Origin: a virus
Lineage: Duplodnaviria > Caudoviricetes
Direction: 5' to 3' (one strand)
Length of the DNA stretch: 64,000 nucleotides
Virus record (IMG/VR): IMGVR_UViG_3300021255_005861
Coordinates: 64,001 to 128,000 of that record
Part shown: positions 40,108-50,063 of the stretch, piece by piece
Layout: every line of letters starts with the position of its first letter
How positions within the stretch are numbered: the stretch's first letter is position 1
Program-made: the position numbers and the translations under genes
Notes under the pieces: generated by a model
What the model was told of the DNA's origin: nothing
The model's input: only the letters and a program-made list of their open reading frames with translations
Database searches by the model: none

Positions 40108-41817
40108 CTATAGTTGTCCGTAGTCTTCTTTGAATATCCGCAGCACCTCGGGGAACGCTGTCGCCGAACCTATGTCCATGGCTATTTTCAAACTGTCGTA
40201 GTCGTACTTGCCCTTGGTCTCTATGACGAGTTCGTCGAATACGTTCGCGCTACGTAACCCTAACTTTTTCAATATATAGGTTTGCGACATAACCATCAGC
40301 AGGCTCTCGTACTTAAATATTTCCGCATTGCGAAGCGGCGTCCCTATCATCTTCTCGTACTGGGCGCGTGTCTCGTTGTACATGTCTATCAGGAAACCCT
40401 TGTCCTCAGCATGGTAGTCCTCGGTAGAATGGATGACCTGCGACGCGAACAGGCGGTCGGACTTCGTAAAGTATATGCGGTTCAGCAACCGCTTGAACAG
40501 CTTGCGTTCCTCGGGTACGAGGGGTATCCCGAACACGGCCTTGAACAAGTCCCCGTAGATGTCGCGCTGCCCATTGCTCTCGTACTCGCCGTTGCGCAGG
40601 CACATCGTGAGGTGGTGGATGGAGGCACTCCGGTCTATGCGCTCGTAGCCACCTACCCCGAATATCTTGTCCAATACTCGTTTGCGCTCGGACGTTTCCC
40701 AACATCCGTGGTTTTTCTTGTCGTGACTTGATAGCAGGGCTACCTTCGAGTACGCCCTGCAGGATATTCCGTCCACGATGGAGTTGCAGGACGTGTTGAC
40801 CTTGAAGTTGCACCTTACCTTCAGCATATCTTTTACCCAGTTTTCGTCCGGTGCGGAACCCTCAATAATGGTCTTTTTACGCGAATTTTGGCAATTTTCG
40901 GTAATAACTACATCATCCATTGTAGTAATAATGGTGGTGGCGGGTGCCGAGTGGGGCCGGGCGCCCGTAGGGCGCTTTTTTATGGATAGGTTTGAACGTA
41001 GTAAATCATGGTGCATGTGCTCGTATGGTTTGTAGCTGTCATTGTCAGTACCGTACGAGGAAAGCGCGTTGCATGTAGCGATATGGTGCCGGAGGTTGTG
41101 GACGCACGTGGACGAGGTAAGGATGAGGTTGTTAATGTATGCCCTGGCTTCGAGGTTGGAGAGTTGGGAGGGTGGAACGATTGCTGTGACTTTGCGCTTG
41201 GACTTGATCTGTTCCTCGACGTCGCGCTTCCACTTTTCCACGGCTTTGCTGCGCTTGGAGAGGTGCTGAACCTTGCGCGTGGCACGTTCACGTACCTTGT
41301 CCGACCATGAGGTCTTGAGGTACTTGCATCCTTTGGGTAACTTTCCTTCTTCGCGCAGGGTGGCGAGCCATGCCTGGAGCTTATATCGGTTCACGTAGTA
41401 CAGCTTGCACCTGCCCCCGTAGTACGAGTAGTCCCCGTTGTCCGCGAGGACGAGGAACCCGGCCTGCAGGAACCAGTAGAGGGTACGCCGGGTCATTTCG
41501 TGTACGCTCTTCTTGGATATGTTCAAAAGTTCGTCCAGCCCTTCCTGGTCGGTGGCTAGCGGGGTTGGATGGATGACGCCGTCCACGGGGGCGTGCGAGT
41601 GCTCCAGCACCCAGTAGGCGTAGAGGACGCGGTTGTTGAGGGAGTCCCGTCGCATACGGAAGTCGGGCATGTGGAACTCGCGGTGTCGGTAGCGTTCCTT
41701 GAAGCCCAGTTCGGCCATGGTGCGCCCGTCGTTCCACGGGACGGTGTAGTCGTCGTATCGGGATGGTGGCCGCTGCGCCTCGTGTCGTTGCCGTAATTTT
41801 AGTTCTTTGATTACCAT
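40108..41817 (-). CDS. Large basic protein with a divergent family-A-polymerase-like C-terminus
   Basis: ERIDRSAS (motif A-like), RKLFKRLLNRIYF (B-like), ESLLM..NVFDELVI (C-like). Confidence 0.5.
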   Translation of the reverse strand: MVIKELKLRQRHEAQRPPSRYDDYTVPWNDGRTMAELGFKERYRHREFHMPDFRMRRDSLNNRVLYAYWVLEHSHAPVDGVIHPTPLATDQEGLDELLNISKKSVHEMTRRTLYWFLQAGFLVLADNGDYSYYGGRCKLYYVNRYKLQAWLATLREEGKLPKGCKYLKTSWSDKVRERATRKVQHLSKRSKAVEKWKRDVEEQIKSKRKVTAIVPPSQLSNLEARAYINNLILTSSTCVHNLRHHIATCNALSSYGTDNDSYKPYEHMHHDLLRSNLSIKKRPTGARPHSAPATTIITTMDDVVITENCQNSRKKTIIEGSAPDENWVKDMLKVRCNFKVNTSCNSIVDGISCRAYSKVALLSSHDKKNHGCWETSERKRVLDKIFGVGGYERIDRSASIHHLTMCLRNGEYESNGQRDIYGDLFKAVFGIPLVPEERKLFKRLLNRIYFTKSDRLFASQVIHSTEDYHAEDKGFLIDMYNETRAQYEKMIGTPLRNAEIFKYESLLMVMSQTYILKKLGLRSANVFDELVIETKGKYDYDSLKIAMDIGSATAFPEVLRIFKEDYGQL

Positions 41818-41957
41818 TATGAACGCAAATTCCCCCGGCAGGGAACTAAAAAGCCGCCGGGGGAATTGCTTTTAGCAATATCGTTTTAGTTTCCTACCGA
41901 ATCCGTGGACCGTCCTCGCGTGTTTGCTAAAAGCAAGACAGTCCTATGTACTCTCTA

Positions 41958-41986
41958 AAGATACATTGTTTTTCGGCAGAAGTCAA
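41958..41986 (-). promoter_or_regulatory. Sigma70-like promoter for the 41817 gene
   Basis: TTGACT-17-TATCTT on the minus strand. Confidence 0.65.
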
Positions 41987-42122
41987 TAGGCCATTGAACT
42001 AAAGCACGTATTTTCCGTACATAAAAATATAGGTTTTTGGCAAAATCCCTCCCGTTTGCGCCCTGAATAATATATATTTGGAATAACAAGGGGGAAAAAT
42101 TTCCCCGTTCCGAGGAATTGAC

Positions 42123-42611
42123 ATGTACAGATATATCGTATCCGCCGACACCGGCGCATCCTACCAGCTCACGTCCGAGCACGCCGACGCCACCTTCACC
42201 GTGGGCGCCGCCGACAAGACCCTCACCCTCATCGACACTGGCAAGACCGGCGAGCAGGTGTGGATCAAGGGCGACCGCCTCTCCATCAAGCGGGCCTGCA
42301 TCTCCAACAACACGGCCAGCGTGAACGGCAACGGCACGCTCGCGGCCAAGCTGACCTGCAAGCTGGTGCGGAAGGATTCGGGTGAGGACACCGACTTCGA
42401 CCCGTTCGTGCTTCCGCTGTCCAAGTGGGGCGTGTGGGAGGACAAGACGATAGTGCTCGTGCGCAAGGACGGCCCGTCGGACGCGGAGTACACGATAGTC
42501 CTGGACAAGGACGGGCAGTTCAACCTGTGGGACTTCAACGTGCTGGACGGCCTCAAGGACATGTACGTCAACCCCGTGCTCGAGCTGGACATCTCCGAGG
42601 GCGGGGTCTAG
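42123..42611 (+). CDS. Hypothetical beta-rich protein
   Basis: RBS GAGG; strong codon bias. Confidence 0.7.
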   Translation: MYRYIVSADTGASYQLTSEHADATFTVGAADKTLTLIDTGKTGEQVWIKGDRLSIKRACISNNTASVNGNGTLAAKLTCKLVRKDSGEDTDFDPFVLPLSKWGVWEDKTIVLVRKDGPSDAEYTIVLDKDGQFNLWDFNVLDGLKDMYVNPVLELDISEGGV

Positions 42612-42645
42612 AATCTGCCACTTAACAAATAAAGGAAAGAAACTC

Positions 42646-43071
42646 ATGAAGAAGTTCGAATGCTCAATGGCAAAGAAATTGGAGTCCCTCGCTAAGAACG
42701 AGGATTCCGTTGGACTTAAACCCCTGGATCGCTACAAGGTACCGACGTCCATGGCTGACGAGATGCGCCTTGACGCCAAGTCCGGTATTGGCGACCTCGA
42801 GGACTTCGCCCGCAAGTACCGCAAGGTGGAATTGAAGGACGTGTCCCATGGATACGTTGACGGCGGCGACGTCGTGTTCAGGAAGTACCGCCTTACGGTG
42901 CCCAACGACCCGGTGGCTATCAAGCAGGGGGCGGATAAGGTCAAGACGTTCTTCCTCAACGTCGGATGGAACAACAAAGACGGGGTTCCGTATGTATCCC
43001 TCAGCGGCTCTCGTTTCGGCAGCGTGCCGGAACTCGTGGACGCTATGTCGGACTACATGGACCACCTGTAA
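42646..43071 (+). CDS. Hypothetical protein
   Basis: RBS AAGGA. Confidence 0.7.
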   Translation: MKKFECSMAKKLESLAKNEDSVGLKPLDRYKVPTSMADEMRLDAKSGIGDLEDFARKYRKVELKDVSHGYVDGGDVVFRKYRLTVPNDPVAIKQGADKVKTFFLNVGWNNKDGVPYVSLSGSRFGSVPELVDAMSDYMDHL

Positions 43072-43241
43072 TGGCGGAGAGAATGACGGAGATAGCGTGA
43101 AGTAACTGGCTCTGTTTCCGTTTTTTTCGTTATTTTAGGCATTCTAATGTCGGAGAGATTTGGTGTGGAGTTAGCTGCCACTCTGCGCTGGGGTTAAGGT
43201 AGAGTGGTGGCGGGCGGAGTCCTCCGGGGCTCCGTCTTTTA

Positions 43242-43289
43242 TTATTTGTTTCTTACGTTTGCACTATCTTGTGGAAAGTTTGTTATATT
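43242..43289 (+). promoter_or_regulatory. Phage-specific promoter motif, copy 2
   Basis: TTATTTGTTTCTTAC-N25-GTTATATT. Confidence 0.6.
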
Positions 43290-43296
43290 TATCGGT

Positions 43297-43542
43297 ATGT
43301 CCAGGAAATCCCGCATAGCCTCCCGCCTCGCCGTGTTCCACGTACGGCTAATTCGCACGAGGGGCGGGTACATGTTCTTCTCGGATCCGGTACCTGTTGG
43401 CGAACACGACTGCACCTACTCGCAGGTAACGGGGATACGCAGGCTCGCTGACCTCCCCGAGGACGAGTGGGTGAGACGGGGTGCTCGGTTTGCAAGGCTA
43501 GCCTGCCCCGAACTCTGCGGGCATATCTTGGATGGAGTTTGA
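43297..43542 (+). CDS. Small hypothetical protein
   Basis: ATG 7 nt after TATATT. Confidence 0.55.
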   Translation: MSRKSRIASRLAVFHVRLIRTRGGYMFFSDPVPVGEHDCTYSQVTGIRRLADLPEDEWVRRGARFARLACPELCGHILDGV

Positions 43543-43550
43543 GAAAATTA

Positions 43551-43598
43551 TTATTTATTTCTTACGTTTTGTGTTTCTTATTTTAAATAAGTTATCTT
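43551..43598 (+). promoter_or_regulatory. Phage-specific promoter motif, copy 3
   Basis: TTATTTATTTCTTAC-N25-GTTATCTT. Confidence 0.6.
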
Positions 43599-43607
43599 TA
43601 GGCTAGG

Positions 43608-43961
43608 ATGAACCAAACTGATTACGTTGCAGAGATAGAGAGGCTCAAGCGCCGCATCGAGGACATACAGGCGTCCAACTACGCCGTATGCACCGACCTC
43701 GGCATGGACTGTCGTCGGTACCTACGGGAACTCTGGCGCTCCCGTGCCCGCAACGCACACACGCAGGTGCGGTTCTGGACGGTGCGCAACGCCTGCGCCT
43801 TTACTCCAGCCAACATTGAGGGGCGCATCCCCGGCATCCTCAAGGACGCACCCGCGGTCAAGGGGGTGCTGCGTACCCAGGGCGAGTGGATCCGTATCTG
43901 GGAGAGGGTGGAGAAGATATGCTCGGAATACGCTTTGAATTATACAAATACGCTAAGGTAG
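43608..43961 (+). CDS. Hypothetical protein
   Basis: ORF directly after the promoter motif. Confidence 0.6.
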   Translation: MNQTDYVAEIERLKRRIEDIQASNYAVCTDLGMDCRRYLRELWRSRARNAHTQVRFWTVRNACAFTPANIEGRIPGILKDAPAVKGVLRTQGEWIRIWERVEKICSEYALNYTNTLR

Positions 43962-43967
43962 AAAACA

Positions 43968-44318
43968 ATGGAAAAGATAACGGACCTAACTAAATCGGAC
44001 GTGCGCCACTACGTGCGCGACCACTTTTACAGTTCCGACACTTTTTTCGGGCAGCGGACTCCCGACGAGATACTCCACCTGCCGGCACGCTACGGCGACA
44101 CCTGCATCGTATGCGGAATCCCCGACGAGCAATTAAAGGTGGACGGGAAGCCCCAGTTCCACAAGGACGGCACCCCCGTAATGGTGCCGGGGATAGCCAC
44201 CATCGACGGCGTGTCCGTCCGCAACGGGGACTGGTTATTGCGCTGCAATGGATGGACTATAATTGATTCAATAATGGAGAAGGAAGATGACCTTGGACGG
44301 AAAGAAACTAATCGCTGA
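43968..44318 (+). CDS. Hypothetical protein
   Basis: Operon context. Confidence 0.6.
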   Translation: MEKITDLTKSDVRHYVRDHFYSSDTFFGQRTPDEILHLPARYGDTCIVCGIPDEQLKVDGKPQFHKDGTPVMVPGIATIDGVSVRNGDWLLRCNGWTIIDSIMEKEDDLGRKETNR

Positions 44319-44910
44319 CTCCCTGCAGGTCGTGACCGCATTGCGGGGCATGGCTCCCACCGTGTCCCTCGAGCGGGGCAACGTGGCGGGTATGCCCGTA
44401 CTCGTGGCCCACGTGAACTGGGGCGAGCCCTCGTTCTGCGGGAATACGCCCGTGGACTGCGCACGTGTTACTATCACCCCGAGGAGCGCAACCGTGGACG
44501 GCGATTATGGCACCTACGTGTTCGCCAAGAACATCCGCGACCCCTTCACGTTCTTCGTAGGTCGCAACCCCGACTTCTTCTACTGGAGCGAGAAGATCGA
44601 GTCTGCCCCGCGATGGTACTATGACAAGGAGGTGGACGGGGACCTGCTCCGGCAGAACCTACAGGAGGCCCTGGATACCCGCTTCAGCCCCGGCGAGTTT
44701 GATGCGGAGTCCTTGCCCGATGCCGACCGCTATACTCCCGAGTCCTGGTATGACGTCATCTCTGCCGAGGCGGAGCGGAACGAGTGGGGTCTGGACTCCG
44801 AGGAGATAGGCGGCATCGTGTCATCGTCCACCAAGCCGGACAAGTGCTTCGTGTCCGTGTGCTACATCCTGCAATACGTAGAGAACCTCGCAAAGTACGG
44901 AGAGAACTAA
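44287..44910 (+). CDS. Hypothetical phage protein
   Basis: V.GDYG.YVF and YW.EKI motifs; RBS AAGGA. Confidence 0.7.
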   Translation: MTLDGKKLIADSLQVVTALRGMAPTVSLERGNVAGMPVLVAHVNWGEPSFCGNTPVDCARVTITPRSATVDGDYGTYVFAKNIRDPFTFFVGRNPDFFYWSEKIESAPRWYYDKEVDGDLLRQNLQEALDTRFSPGEFDAESLPDADRYTPESWYDVISAEAERNEWGLDSEEIGGIVSSSTKPDKCFVSVCYILQYVENLAKYGEN

Positions 44911-45074
44911 CATGGAGAGTCCGCACATATTTATCGTGTCCCTAGATGGGAAACCTCACCGCTTCTTCGACTTCAAGGACGCTGTGGCGTATGCAACCCG
45001 TGAGATAATGTACAATGACCGCATAGTGGTGTCGCAGAACGGCAAGGAACGCCTCGTTATTCAATGGAAATAAC

Positions 45075-45122
45075 TTATTTGTTTCTTACACCGTGTAACT
45101 TTATCGGAAAATTAGTTATATT
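45075..45122 (+). promoter_or_regulatory. Phage-specific promoter motif, copy 4
   Basis: TTATTTGTTTCTTAC-N25-GTTATATT. Confidence 0.6.
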
Positions 45123-45255
45123 GTAGGTACACGATAACCACAGAGTGAAGGAACTAATCGATAATGAAGGATAGACTCATCACATACTTCATCGGCCTGT
45201 TCTGCGGGATAGGATTCTCCGCGACCATCATCACGTTCATTAAGTGGATAATGGA

Positions 45256-45765
45256 ATGACAAAAACACCGATACCCGGAAATATCCGAGATATGTTCAAC
45301 CGTTTTGGCAGGTGGAAGCCTACCTCGCTGGAGTCCCTCCGCGAGGCTTGCCACCGCATGCTCACGGCATGCAACGACACGCTGTCCATGCCGAAGGACA
45401 GCAGGTTCGTGTCCAAGCTGCCCGGACGCATATATGTTTCCAATAATGGCATTACCCTCGACTACTACCTCGCCCTCTCCGCCGAGGGGGACACGCTCAA
45501 GTGCCTGCGACTAGGCAAGAAGAACCGGATCGGGGAGCGGGAACTTACCCGAGTGTCCCTGCGCCCCACGGGGCTAGTCGAGAAGGGATTTACGGCGGAT
45601 GGCCTGCACGGCACCATTGTCAAGTTTTCCGCCATAACGTCCCGAGAGGCTGCCGACGGCATCCTGTCCGTGGCGAGGGAGTATGCGGGTGCGTTGCTCA
45701 AGGACGTGGATGCGTTCGGGTACAAGTCGGTTAGACCGAGGAAGAGAGCATGTGGAAGAAAGTAG
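45256..45765 (+). CDS. Hypothetical protein
   Basis: Clean ORF. Confidence 0.55.
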   Translation: MTKTPIPGNIRDMFNRFGRWKPTSLESLREACHRMLTACNDTLSMPKDSRFVSKLPGRIYVSNNGITLDYYLALSAEGDTLKCLRLGKKNRIGERELTRVSLRPTGLVEKGFTADGLHGTIVKFSAITSREAADGILSVAREYAGALLKDVDAFGYKSVRPRKRACGRK

Positions 45766-45848
45766 ATGAGGAGAAGCCGCCCGTGGACGGGGATAAGTGG
45801 TGTCCGTGTCCCGACGGCTACGACGATTAACCACAAAGGAACAGGACT

Positions 45849-46061
45849 ATGGCAATATGCGAATTTTGCGGGAAAGAAGTTCCCGAAGAAGATACCTACC
45901 TTTACGAAATGACCTGCCCGAACGGTGCGGTGTATTCCCACGACATTTGTCCCGACTGTGCGTCTGCGATTGTCGGGACTGTAAACAAGGTCCGCAGCGA
46001 ACGCAGCCGTAAAGTGAGCCAGGAACACTTGTATGACGATGTTCCAGGCGAAGTTCTTTAA
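45849..46061 (+). CDS. Small zinc-ribbon protein
   Basis: CEFC..CPDC; RBS AGGA. Confidence 0.6.
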   Translation: MAICEFCGKEVPEEDTYLYEMTCPNGAVYSHDICPDCASAIVGTVNKVRSERSRKVSQEHLYDDVPGEVL

Positions 46062-46076
46062 GCACAGGAAAACCCT

Positions 46077-46355
46077 ATGAATACAGCAATCTGCATTACA
46101 GCAATTATCGTCGCAGGCATTGTGGCTATTGTCGCATTGTCGCAGTATCACCTTCGTAAGACCACCTGCAAGCACAAGTGGAAAATCATTGATTCGGACG
46201 TTAAGGAATTTTATAGGGAACGACCATCATTGAATTACAGCAGTCGCTACAACTTGAAAATCTATACGCTCCAATGTGACCACTGCGGGGAAGTCCGTAT
46301 GGTTACGGACGAGGAACTTACGGAGCGTTTCCGCAATAAACTGTCTAACGGTTAG
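46077..46355 (+). CDS. Membrane-anchored small protein with CKHKW..CDHC
   Basis: Hydrophobic N-terminus. Confidence 0.6.
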   Translation: MNTAICITAIIVAGIVAIVALSQYHLRKTTCKHKWKIIDSDVKEFYRERPSLNYSSRYNLKIYTLQCDHCGEVRMVTDEELTERFRNKLSNG

Positions 46356-46358
46356 GAT

Positions 46359-46679
46359 ATGGATATGGCTACACAGATACCCGATATTGCTTTGGAAATT
46401 ACTTTGTCGTGGTTGGCACGGTTCAACCGCCACGAATTTTTTACGAAGGAACTTTACAAGAAACTGCCCGCTTACAAGAAAAGCGGTATTAGACGGGACA
46501 AGACCGAAATCCAGGTGGCGTTTATCTGCAAGGCGTTGCAGGACAGGGGCATTTATATGACACCCTGCGGTATCGCCTGGTGCCACGTATGGGACGACTC
46601 CGAAACCGTGACGGAATACCTGGAACGCTATCAGCCTATCTTTGACGGCTACGTGGCGTGGTGTGCGAAGCAGAGGTAG
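46359..46679 (+). CDS. Hypothetical protein
   Basis: Operon context. Confidence 0.55.
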   Translation: MDMATQIPDIALEITLSWLARFNRHEFFTKELYKKLPAYKKSGIRRDKTEIQVAFICKALQDRGIYMTPCGIAWCHVWDDSETVTEYLERYQPIFDGYVAWCAKQR

Positions 46680-47220
46680 CGTATGTCCGAAGACGACCTT
46701 TACAGACCGCTCAACAGCCAGGGAATGAATGTCTTTGACATTATGGAGTTCCACGGAATGACAGGTCCCGTGAAAATTGTCAAGGACGTGTTGGCTGCGA
46801 AGAATGCCGAAATCGCACGGTTGCAGGAACGCAACGGGCATATTGACGACGGCAGGGTGAAACTGTTGGAAGCCCACGCCAGGACCTTGCAGGACACTGT
46901 GAACAGCCTGCAAGCCGACCTGGAACAAGTCCGCATTTTTATCAAGGCTTTGGACGTTACGAAGTTGGTTGCGGAGCGTGACAGCCTATCCAGGCAGAAT
47001 GAAGAACTAATCGCAGAAGTTGAAGACTACAAAGAGAAGTATTGCAAGTGGCGTAATCTTACACGGGACATTTGCACAGTGTTCGGGGACTCAACCTACA
47101 CCTACGTGGCTATGGAGGGTTGGTTGAAGAAAATGTGCGATGCCGACGTTTTGGACCGATACCTGGCTTTGGCTGACGACGTATGCAAACGCTTGCTGAA
47201 AGTCAAGCCCCACGAATGGG

Positions 47221-48848
47221 ATAGCAACTAATAATCGTATTTTACCAACAATTAGGGGTTTAGGCATTTTCTACATAAAATTTTCTTGAAAATTCCCTTG
47301 ATTTCCAATGAAAATAAATGTAGATTGTTATAAACTTTAAGTGTATGCAAGTTCGTGGTGGTTCTTGTATATAGGAATGGACTTTGAATGCCCGTTGGAT
47401 GCTAACCACCACTTTAAGCGTCTAACGGGCATTTGCTATTGTATGGAACAGCAGTGCGGACGGAAAATATGCTTGAAACCGAGCAAGGCACAGGTACGGA
47501 CGATGTACCGTATGTGTGCCGTCTCCCGCCGTGCCTACAACTGGAAACTGGCCGAGCAGAACAAGGCTTACGAGGAAGCCAAGGCCAACACGCCGGAAGG
47601 CGAGAAGGTCAAATGCACCCTCGGAACGCCGAGGGACTGGCACAAGGAATGGTGCATCTACAAGAAGCTCCCTGATAACAAGTGGATGACGGAAGTTTCC
47701 AAGTTCTGTGGCCAGGAAGCACTAATCGACCTCGGTTCCGCATGGAAGCGTTTCTTCAAAGGATTAGCCAAGCATCCACGCTTCCACCGCTATAACCAGG
47801 ACAACTCGTTCCGCTGCTCAGGTGGTGTATTCATCGGTCATGATTTCGTCCAGCTCCCTACCCTCGGCAGAATCAAGCTCCGCGAGAAGGACTACATCAA
47901 GATACCGAAGGATGCCGAGAAGATACCGCTTGCCATGGCGACCGTATCGGTGGATGCCGCTGGTAAATGGTATGTCTCCTTTGCCTATGTAGCCGACATC
48001 GTTCCAGTCCACGAATCCATATCTTCGTTCGATGAGCAGGACATCGTAGGCGTCGATTTCGGTGTGAAGGACCTCGCAATCACGAGCGACGGCATCGTGT
48101 ATGCCAACCCGAAAGCCTATCGCCATGCAAAGGCTAGGCTCCGTCGTGCTCAACGGGCACTCTCCCGCAAGAAGAAACACTCCAAGAATAGGGAACGGTG
48201 CAAGAAACTACTTGGTAGAATCCACCGCAGAATAACCAACATCCGTGTCAATGCGGCTCATCAGTTTACCGCTGACATTACAAAACACACGAAGCCGAAG
48301 GCTATAGTCATCGAGGACTTGAAGCCAAAGAACATGTCCAAGAACCATAAATTGGCTTCGGCTATCCTCGATGCCAACTTTGGTAGGATGAGGCAGTTCC
48401 TTGAATACAAGTGTGCATGGTTAGGCATACTGCTGTTCTTCGCTCCGCAGTTCTATGCTTCGTCAAGATATTGCTCCCACTGCGGGCAATACTACAACAA
48501 GGATTTGACCCTGGACGACAGGGAGTGGGTATGCCCGGTATGCGGACATAAACACGACAGAGATTACAATGCAGCCAGGAACTTGCAGTTCTATGGCCTG
48601 TGGCTACTAAATCTAGTAGTCCCAACTAATGACAATGCGGTGAGATACACCGTAAGCGACAATTCCGTTGCGAATGCTTGCCCCCACGGCAACGCCCAGT
48701 GCGTTACCTATCGGGAAGGTATGGTTTACACCAGCCCCAGAGACATGAGGTTGCAGTTCTTTGAAACACAGGAACAGTGCATGGCGATGAAGCAAGAAAT
48801 CACCAATACATATTTAATTGGTAGAAATGTGTAGAAATGATTTATCGG
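47221..48848 (+). mobile_element. Non-autonomous IS607-like tnpB-only element, copy A
   Basis: Ends shared with the 53681 copy (ATGGG|A..GCAACT left; GTAGAAATGTGTAGAAATGATTTATCGG right); no tnpA. Confidence 0.8.
47443..48834 (+). CDS. tnpB: TnpB nuclease
   Basis: VGVDFG, VIEDL, CSHC..CPVC, DRDYNAA. Confidence 0.92.
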   Translation: MEQQCGRKICLKPSKAQVRTMYRMCAVSRRAYNWKLAEQNKAYEEAKANTPEGEKVKCTLGTPRDWHKEWCIYKKLPDNKWMTEVSKFCGQEALIDLGSAWKRFFKGLAKHPRFHRYNQDNSFRCSGGVFIGHDFVQLPTLGRIKLREKDYIKIPKDAEKIPLAMATVSVDAAGKWYVSFAYVADIVPVHESISSFDEQDIVGVDFGVKDLAITSDGIVYANPKAYRHAKARLRRAQRALSRKKKHSKNRERCKKLLGRIHRRITNIRVNAAHQFTADITKHTKPKAIVIEDLKPKNMSKNHKLASAILDANFGRMRQFLEYKCAWLGILLFFAPQFYASSRYCSHCGQYYNKDLTLDDREWVCPVCGHKHDRDYNAARNLQFYGLWLLNLVVPTNDNAVRYTVSDNSVANACPHGNAQCVTYREGMVYTSPRDMRLQFFETQEQCMAMKQEITNTYLIGRNV

Positions 48849-49169
48849 AAGGAATTGTTTTCTTATGGGGCAGGTTTTCTCGGCTCGTGTACGCAGTATG
48901 TTGGTAAGGCGGGTAAGCATGAGATTGCCGGTATACTTGGTGTTTCCTCGGAATTATACATTTCCGAGGATGGTACTTTAAAGAGCAAGAGTACTATTCC
49001 GTTTGAATCCTTCCATGACAAGGACTTTGCTATCTTAGCCAAGTCCATCCGTGAACTGGAGGGCTTATGATTCGTACCGTGCTCGACCTCGCCATTGATA
49101 TCGCCTTCGTGGGGGCGCTCCTCTGCGGTACCGCCCTTATCTATGTATTTTCAAACTAGGAGAACCTTT

Positions 49170-49337
49170 ATGCAGTTCAAACTACGTAAGGCCTCGGACT
49201 ATTTTATGGATAATCAAGAGGATGTGGATGTCTCTACGTTAGAGGATTTGCAGGAACTCTGCTTGCGCTACGACAAGGAACTTATCGTGGATTTTCGGGA
49301 TAACACTATTGTGGTGTACGATTCTTATATTGAGTAG
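49170..49337 (+). CDS. Small phage protein
   Basis: RBS AGGAG; ...TLEDL....ELIV....IVVYD.YIE. Confidence 0.6.
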   Translation: MQFKLRKASDYFMDNQEDVDVSTLEDLQELCLRYDKELIVDFRDNTIVVYDSYIE

Positions 49338-49347
49338 GTAGGCGATT

Positions 49348-49764
49348 ATGAAAAATATGGAAAAGAAAATCAAGGAAAGTCCCTTGCTGAAAGATTTGAT
49401 GTTCAGCGGAGATGATTTAGATGCAATTCGCAATGTTGTTCTGGAGGCAATTTGCAAGTACCATAATTTAGTAGATACCGACCGCTTGATAAATAATCAA
49501 GCGGAAATGCGATATGTATATCATGCCTGGGAACGTACGGATGAACTAGAAACTAAATTATACTATTGTACTATGCAGGACGCATCTGAAGATTATATTG
49601 GTACAACTCATGGTGTAGAGGCAACATTACGGCGACCGCAGACAATAATCTACACGCATGCATATACCGTAATCACTCCGGTAGACGTCATTGAAAGATA
49701 TATACAAAAGGACTATCGTATAGATACATCTATGCACTTTAAACTTTATAAAAGGTTTGAATAA
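49348..49764 (+). CDS. Hypothetical protein
   Basis: AT-rich ORF. Confidence 0.5.
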   Translation: MKNMEKKIKESPLLKDLMFSGDDLDAIRNVVLEAICKYHNLVDTDRLINNQAEMRYVYHAWERTDELETKLYYCTMQDASEDYIGTTHGVEATLRRPQTIIYTHAYTVITPVDVIERYIQKDYRIDTSMHFKLYKRFE

Positions 49765-49779
49765 TTTTCATTTTCTCTC

Positions 49780-49808
49780 TTGACGGAAACCTTTTTATAT
49801 TATATATT
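49780..49808 (+). promoter_or_regulatory. Sigma70-like promoter of the tRNA operon
   Basis: TTGACG-17-TATATT. Confidence 0.75.
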
Positions 49809-49833
49809 TGAATCTGAAAAGGAAAAACTCTCT

Positions 49834-49917
49834 ATGCTGAAGACAAACGCAAATAAAAATTTCTTCCGTGCCACGGCCAGTTTCGTGGGCGGTTCTGCGA
49901 ATATCCAGCGGTGGTAG
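49834..49917 (+). CDS. Putative leader peptide MLKTNANKNFFRATASFVGGSANIQRW
   Basis: AAGGA upstream; its 3' end overlaps the antiterminator arm. Confidence 0.6.
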   Translation: MLKTNANKNFFRATASFVGGSANIQRW

Positions 49918-49974
49918 AGTTTTTCCAAGTGCTTAACGAGAATAGCCCCCCGCTGGAACAAGCGGGGCCTTTTT
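49904..49974 (+). promoter_or_regulatory. Terminator/antiterminator switch
   Basis: Terminator CCCCGCT-ggaaca-AGCGGGG plus T5; TCCAGCGG (49904-49911) pairs with CCGCTGGA (49950-49957). Confidence 0.65.
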
Positions 49975-49981
49975 CGTATAT

Positions 49982-50054
49982 GCCAAGGCATCCTATCGTG
50001 GGAAAGGACGGGACTGAAAATCTCAGAAACCCGGTTCAACTCCGGGACTTGGCA
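49982..50054 (+). tRNA. tRNA-Phe(GAA)
   Basis: GCCAAG/CTTGGC acceptor stem, loop CTGAAAA, CCCGG-TTCAACT-CCGGG. Confidence 0.8.
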
Positions 50055-50063
50055 CGAACATAT

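Larger units (their letters stand above)
46683..49070 (+). pseudogene. Coiled-coil protein gene interrupted by the tnpB element at 47221-48848
   Basis: ...KPHEW joins in frame to KELFSYGAGF...ELEGL* on the far side of the element. Confidence 0.6.

Noticed and set aside
43070-43240. Possible small RNA or tRNA-like element
   Set aside because: Explained by two terminator-like hairpins; no cloverleaf
47221-48848. IStron (group I intron) nature of the gene-interrupting tnpB elements
   Set aside because: Only ~220 nt of AT-rich sequence precedes tnpB and no group I core was recognisable; not formally excluded without a covariance-model search
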